From the NCBI GenBank assembly GCA_030526295.1, contig JAUNDA010000003.1, positions 167 through 64,166 of the forward strand: a stretch of 64,000 nucleotides of DNA, written 5' to 3'. This document shows, piece by piece, positions 61,585 to 64,000 of the stretch. The translations under genes and the position numbers were made by a program. Under the pieces are notes generated by a model. That model was given only the letters and a program-made list of their open reading frames with translations, searched no databases and was not told where the DNA came from. The stretch comes from Eubacteriales bacterium (GTDB taxonomy: Bacteria; Bacillota; Clostridia; Lachnospirales; Lachnospiraceae). Each line of letters begins with the position of its first letter. Position 1 is the stretch's first letter.

Positions 61585-61716
61585 TCACACCGCCCACAGG
61601 TAAACTGCCCAGGTTCTAACCTCGGTCAGAGAACACCTGACAGGCTTCGTAATAAGACATTGAAAAAGCCAGTTAATTTAACAAAATTGTGCATAGAGCA
61701 CATATACCCAAACTTA

Positions 61717-61745
61717 ATACTACTCAGTTTTATGCATTTCGTCAA
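61717..61745 (-). promoter_or_regulatory. Candidate promoter of the acyltransferase-MATE-STAS-TCS operon
   Basis: Minus strand: TTGACG (61745-61740), 17-nt spacer, TAGTAT (61722-61717). This would give a leader of about 170 nt. Confidence 0.45.
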
Positions 61746-61752
61746 GTTTTAG

Positions 61753-61798
61753 CAAAATAAAACCCCTTTCGCCGAATTTTCATCTAACGTAAGGGGTT
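61753..61798 (-). terminator. Terminator after the ABC-F gene
   Basis: Minus strand: AACCCCUU-N22-AAGGGGUU followed by UUAUUUUG. Confidence 0.5.
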
Positions 61799-61824
61799 CA
61801 ATTCATCTCGTATGTTCCTTTTGT

Positions 61825-63639
61825 TTACTGCTTTGCAAAGGAGTCAACCTTCTCCTGAAGCTCGAAGAAGCGTTCCATCTTCCTGTCAAGCTCAGCATCG
61901 ACCGCATCCTTTTCCTTTGTAAGCTCCTCTAGCTTCATGTAGCTACTGCCGCACTTAAGCATCTCAGCTGCAAGCTCCTCCGACTTTTCAGTAAGGGCAT
62001 CTATCTCAGCCTCGATTGTGTCATACTCACGCTGCTCCTTATAGGAAAGCTTCGCTGTCCTTGTTGCCGACTTCCAGGTCTTTTGCGAGTCTGTCACCTC
62101 TTCCTTTTTCCTTGCGGCTTCCTGTCCCTCCTGGCTGGATTCCTCACCCATTTCCTCAAGGTGCACCTCATACTCCGTATAGGCACCCTCGGACTGCATG
62201 AGTGTTCCTTCCTCCCTAAAGGCGAATATCCTGCTTACTACCCTGTCGAGGAAATACCTGTCATGCGATACCGTGATGATTACGCCGTTAAAGGTATCAA
62301 GATAATCCTCAAGCACCTGAAGCGTTGCAATGTCAAGGTCGTTTGTCGGCTCATCGAGAATCAGTACATTAGGTGCTGACATCAGAACCTTTAGAAGGTA
62401 AAGCCTTCTCTTCTCACCGCCCGAAAGCTTCGAAATGAGAGTATACTGCATGTTTTTATCGAAGAGGAACCTCTCACACATGTTTGATGCCGTGATGATT
62501 CCGTCATCAGTCCTTATGTTCTCGGCTACCTCCCTCACCTCGTCAATTACGCGGTTCTTGTCATCAAGCTCCTCGTTTTCCTGACTGAAGTATCCGATCT
62601 TTACAGTTGTTCCTATGTCAATTGTGCCGCTATCGGGCATTTCATTGCCTGTTATTATCTTAATGAGAGTCGTCTTTCCACAGCCGTTTTTGCCGATGAT
62701 TCCAACACGCTCGTTCTTTGTGAAGATATGCGAAAAGTCGTGGAAGAGAACCCTGCCGTCATATGCCTTGGAGATGCCGTCAATCTCGATAATCTTCTTT
62801 CCAAGCCTCGAGGCCATTGACGAAATGGCAACCTGTCTTTCCTCTATTATTTTCTCACGGTCCCTAAGTGCCTCGAATCTCTTAATGTGTGCCTTCTGCT
62901 TTGTGGACCTGGCACGTGCCCCACGCATTATCCACTTAAGGTCCTGCTTATATAGGGCAGCCATCTTCCTTTCTGCTGCCTTTGCAAAGTCAAGGCGTTC
63001 CTGCTTCTTTGTAAGGTATGTGCTGTAATTTCCCTCATATGAGAAAAGTGATGCCCTGTCAAGTTCCCAGATGCGGTCAGTTACCTCGTCAAGGAAGTAT
63101 CTGTCATGCGTAACCATGAGGAGTGCTCCCTTAAACTCGTTAAGCCTCTCCTCAAGATACTCAATCATCTCGGTATCGAGATGGTTTGTCGGCTCGTCGA
63201 GTATAAGGAGATCACACGGTGTAAGAAGTGCTGCGATTAGCGCTGCCCTCTTTCTTTGTCCTCCCGATAAAAGCTCGGGACTCATGTCAGGGTTAGTGAT
63301 TCCAAACTTAAGAAGCATTGCCTTAGCTTCACCGGTTACGTCCCAGTGTGTTTCCTTGCCGCTTATCTCTGCCGCCACATTTTCAAGCACGGACTTAGTG
63401 TTGTCAAACACCGGATTTTGCGGAAGGTATGAGATCTTCGCATTCTTCCTTGATGTAATCTCGCCGCTATCTGCTTCAAGTGTTCCCGCAATAACAGAAA
63501 GCAGCGTGGATTTACCCGCGCCGTTAATACCGATGACACCGATTTTCTGACCATCCTCAATCGTCTCGGTTATGTCCTCTAAGATTACCTTCTCGCCTAT
63601 TGCAAAGTTTATTTTTTCAAGATGTAAAAGTACACTCAT
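61825..63639 (-). CDS. ABC-F family ATPase (Uup-like, two ABC cassettes plus C-terminal coiled coil)
   Basis: 604 aa with two Walker A sites (GINGAGKST, GKNGCGKTT), two signature motifs (LSGGQRKR, LSGGEKRR), no TM domain and a K/E-rich helical tail. Confidence 0.9.
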   Translation of the reverse strand: MSVLLHLEKINFAIGEKVILEDITETIEDGQKIGVIGINGAGKSTLLSVIAGTLEADSGEITSRKNAKISYLPQNPVFDNTKSVLENVAAEISGKETHWDVTGEAKAMLLKFGITNPDMSPELLSGGQRKRAALIAALLTPCDLLILDEPTNHLDTEMIEYLEERLNEFKGALLMVTHDRYFLDEVTDRIWELDRASLFSYEGNYSTYLTKKQERLDFAKAAERKMAALYKQDLKWIMRGARARSTKQKAHIKRFEALRDREKIIEERQVAISSMASRLGKKIIEIDGISKAYDGRVLFHDFSHIFTKNERVGIIGKNGCGKTTLIKIITGNEMPDSGTIDIGTTVKIGYFSQENEELDDKNRVIDEVREVAENIRTDDGIITASNMCERFLFDKNMQYTLISKLSGGEKRRLYLLKVLMSAPNVLILDEPTNDLDIATLQVLEDYLDTFNGVIITVSHDRYFLDRVVSRIFAFREEGTLMQSEGAYTEYEVHLEEMGEESSQEGQEAARKKEEVTDSQKTWKSATRTAKLSYKEQREYDTIEAEIDALTEKSEELAAEMLKCGSSYMKLEELTKEKDAVDAELDRKMERFFELQEKVDSFAKQ

Positions 63640-64000
63640 TTATCATTTTCCGTTTCGTAGATTTTCCGTCCAATATCATACCACAAAAAATGCAGATAAC
63701 CACATGATTATTATCTTTCCAAATCCCACTTTCTTTGCAGTAATATAATCAGTGAACTACTCGGCATTGATTTGCCAAAAAACTCGCTTTCAGCGCTTTC
63801 CAAGGTATTGAGTTGTCAACAAGGCTTAAAAGTGCAGTATATGAATAGCTAAAATAACCAGACAAAAATTGATATTTTATATCCTGTCGCCATGTGACAA
63901 AAATAACCACGTCCTAACAATTTCCATATTCTCTAAATTATTAAATTCTTAACTTTACTTTATTAAAACTATCACATTATTGCATTCTTAATAGTCTGAT

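Noticed and set aside
61600-61710. Guanidine (ykkC/mini-ykkC) or another known riboswitch in the leader preceding the MATE-containing operon.
   Set aside because: Only fragmentary resemblance is present (GACCGAGG, ACACGG). The conserved helices and ACGR tetraloop hairpins are not formed.
63690-63910. Repeated ATAACCA(C/G) motifs as DnaA boxes or an origin.
   Set aside because: Each copy has two mismatches to TTATCCACA. There are only three scattered copies, and no dnaA/dnaN context or AT-rich unwinding-element arrangement is present.

Overview
The window looks like a Firmicutes/Clostridia chromosomal segment, Lachnospiraceae-like by gene content and protein style. That taxon call is inference only. 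Nearly all genes lie on the minus strand. In coordinate order:
1. The front end of an ethanolamine-utilisation (eut) microcompartment locus: a permuted BMC-like gene, eutG-like ADH, eutS, eutP, eutA, eutB and a frame-disrupted eutC. The next gene starts at nt 3 and runs off the window.
2. A roughly 840-bp AT-rich gene-free spacer carrying a degenerate repeat array with 53-bp periodicity.
3. An orphan solute-binding lipoprotein plus a 1292-aa hybrid sensor kinase with an embedded degenerate GGDEF domain.
4. A roughly 24-kb unidirectional carbohydrate block.
   - Uptake and depolymerisation genes: ABC importer, beta-propeller protein, heparinase II/III-like lyase, Gfo/Idh/MocA oxidoreductase, DUF624, GH2-like glycosidase and MFS transporter.
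   - Hexuronate genes: UxuB-type SDR, LarA-family protein, PfkB kinase, gnd, GNAT, DMT, uxaC, uxaB, uxaA and an esterase.
   - A divergent YesM/YesN-type two-component system whose regulator is split by an in-frame stop.
5. A cell-envelope-like cluster: frameshifted MurE-like ligase, FemAB-like protein, SAM methyltransferase, a MATE transporter fused to a GHKL-like domain, and a divergent TylF-type methyltransferase.
6. An FMN-riboswitch-controlled ribD-ribE-ribBA-ribH-HAD operon.
7. A Bce-type ABC/two-component resistance module. It is co-operonic with an HxxxD acyltransferase-like gene, a second MATE-GHKL fusion and a STAS-kinase fusion. This partner-switching-like pair is the most unusual thing in the window.
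8. An ABC-F ATPase.

I recognised no rRNA, tRNA, CRISPR array or intact mobile element. Three genes (eutC, the YesN-like regulator, the MurE-like ligase) carry apparent disruptions, which could be real decay or assembly errors. All family assignments come from motif recognition by eye, not from searches. Coordinates of small non-coding elements may be off by 1-2 nt.
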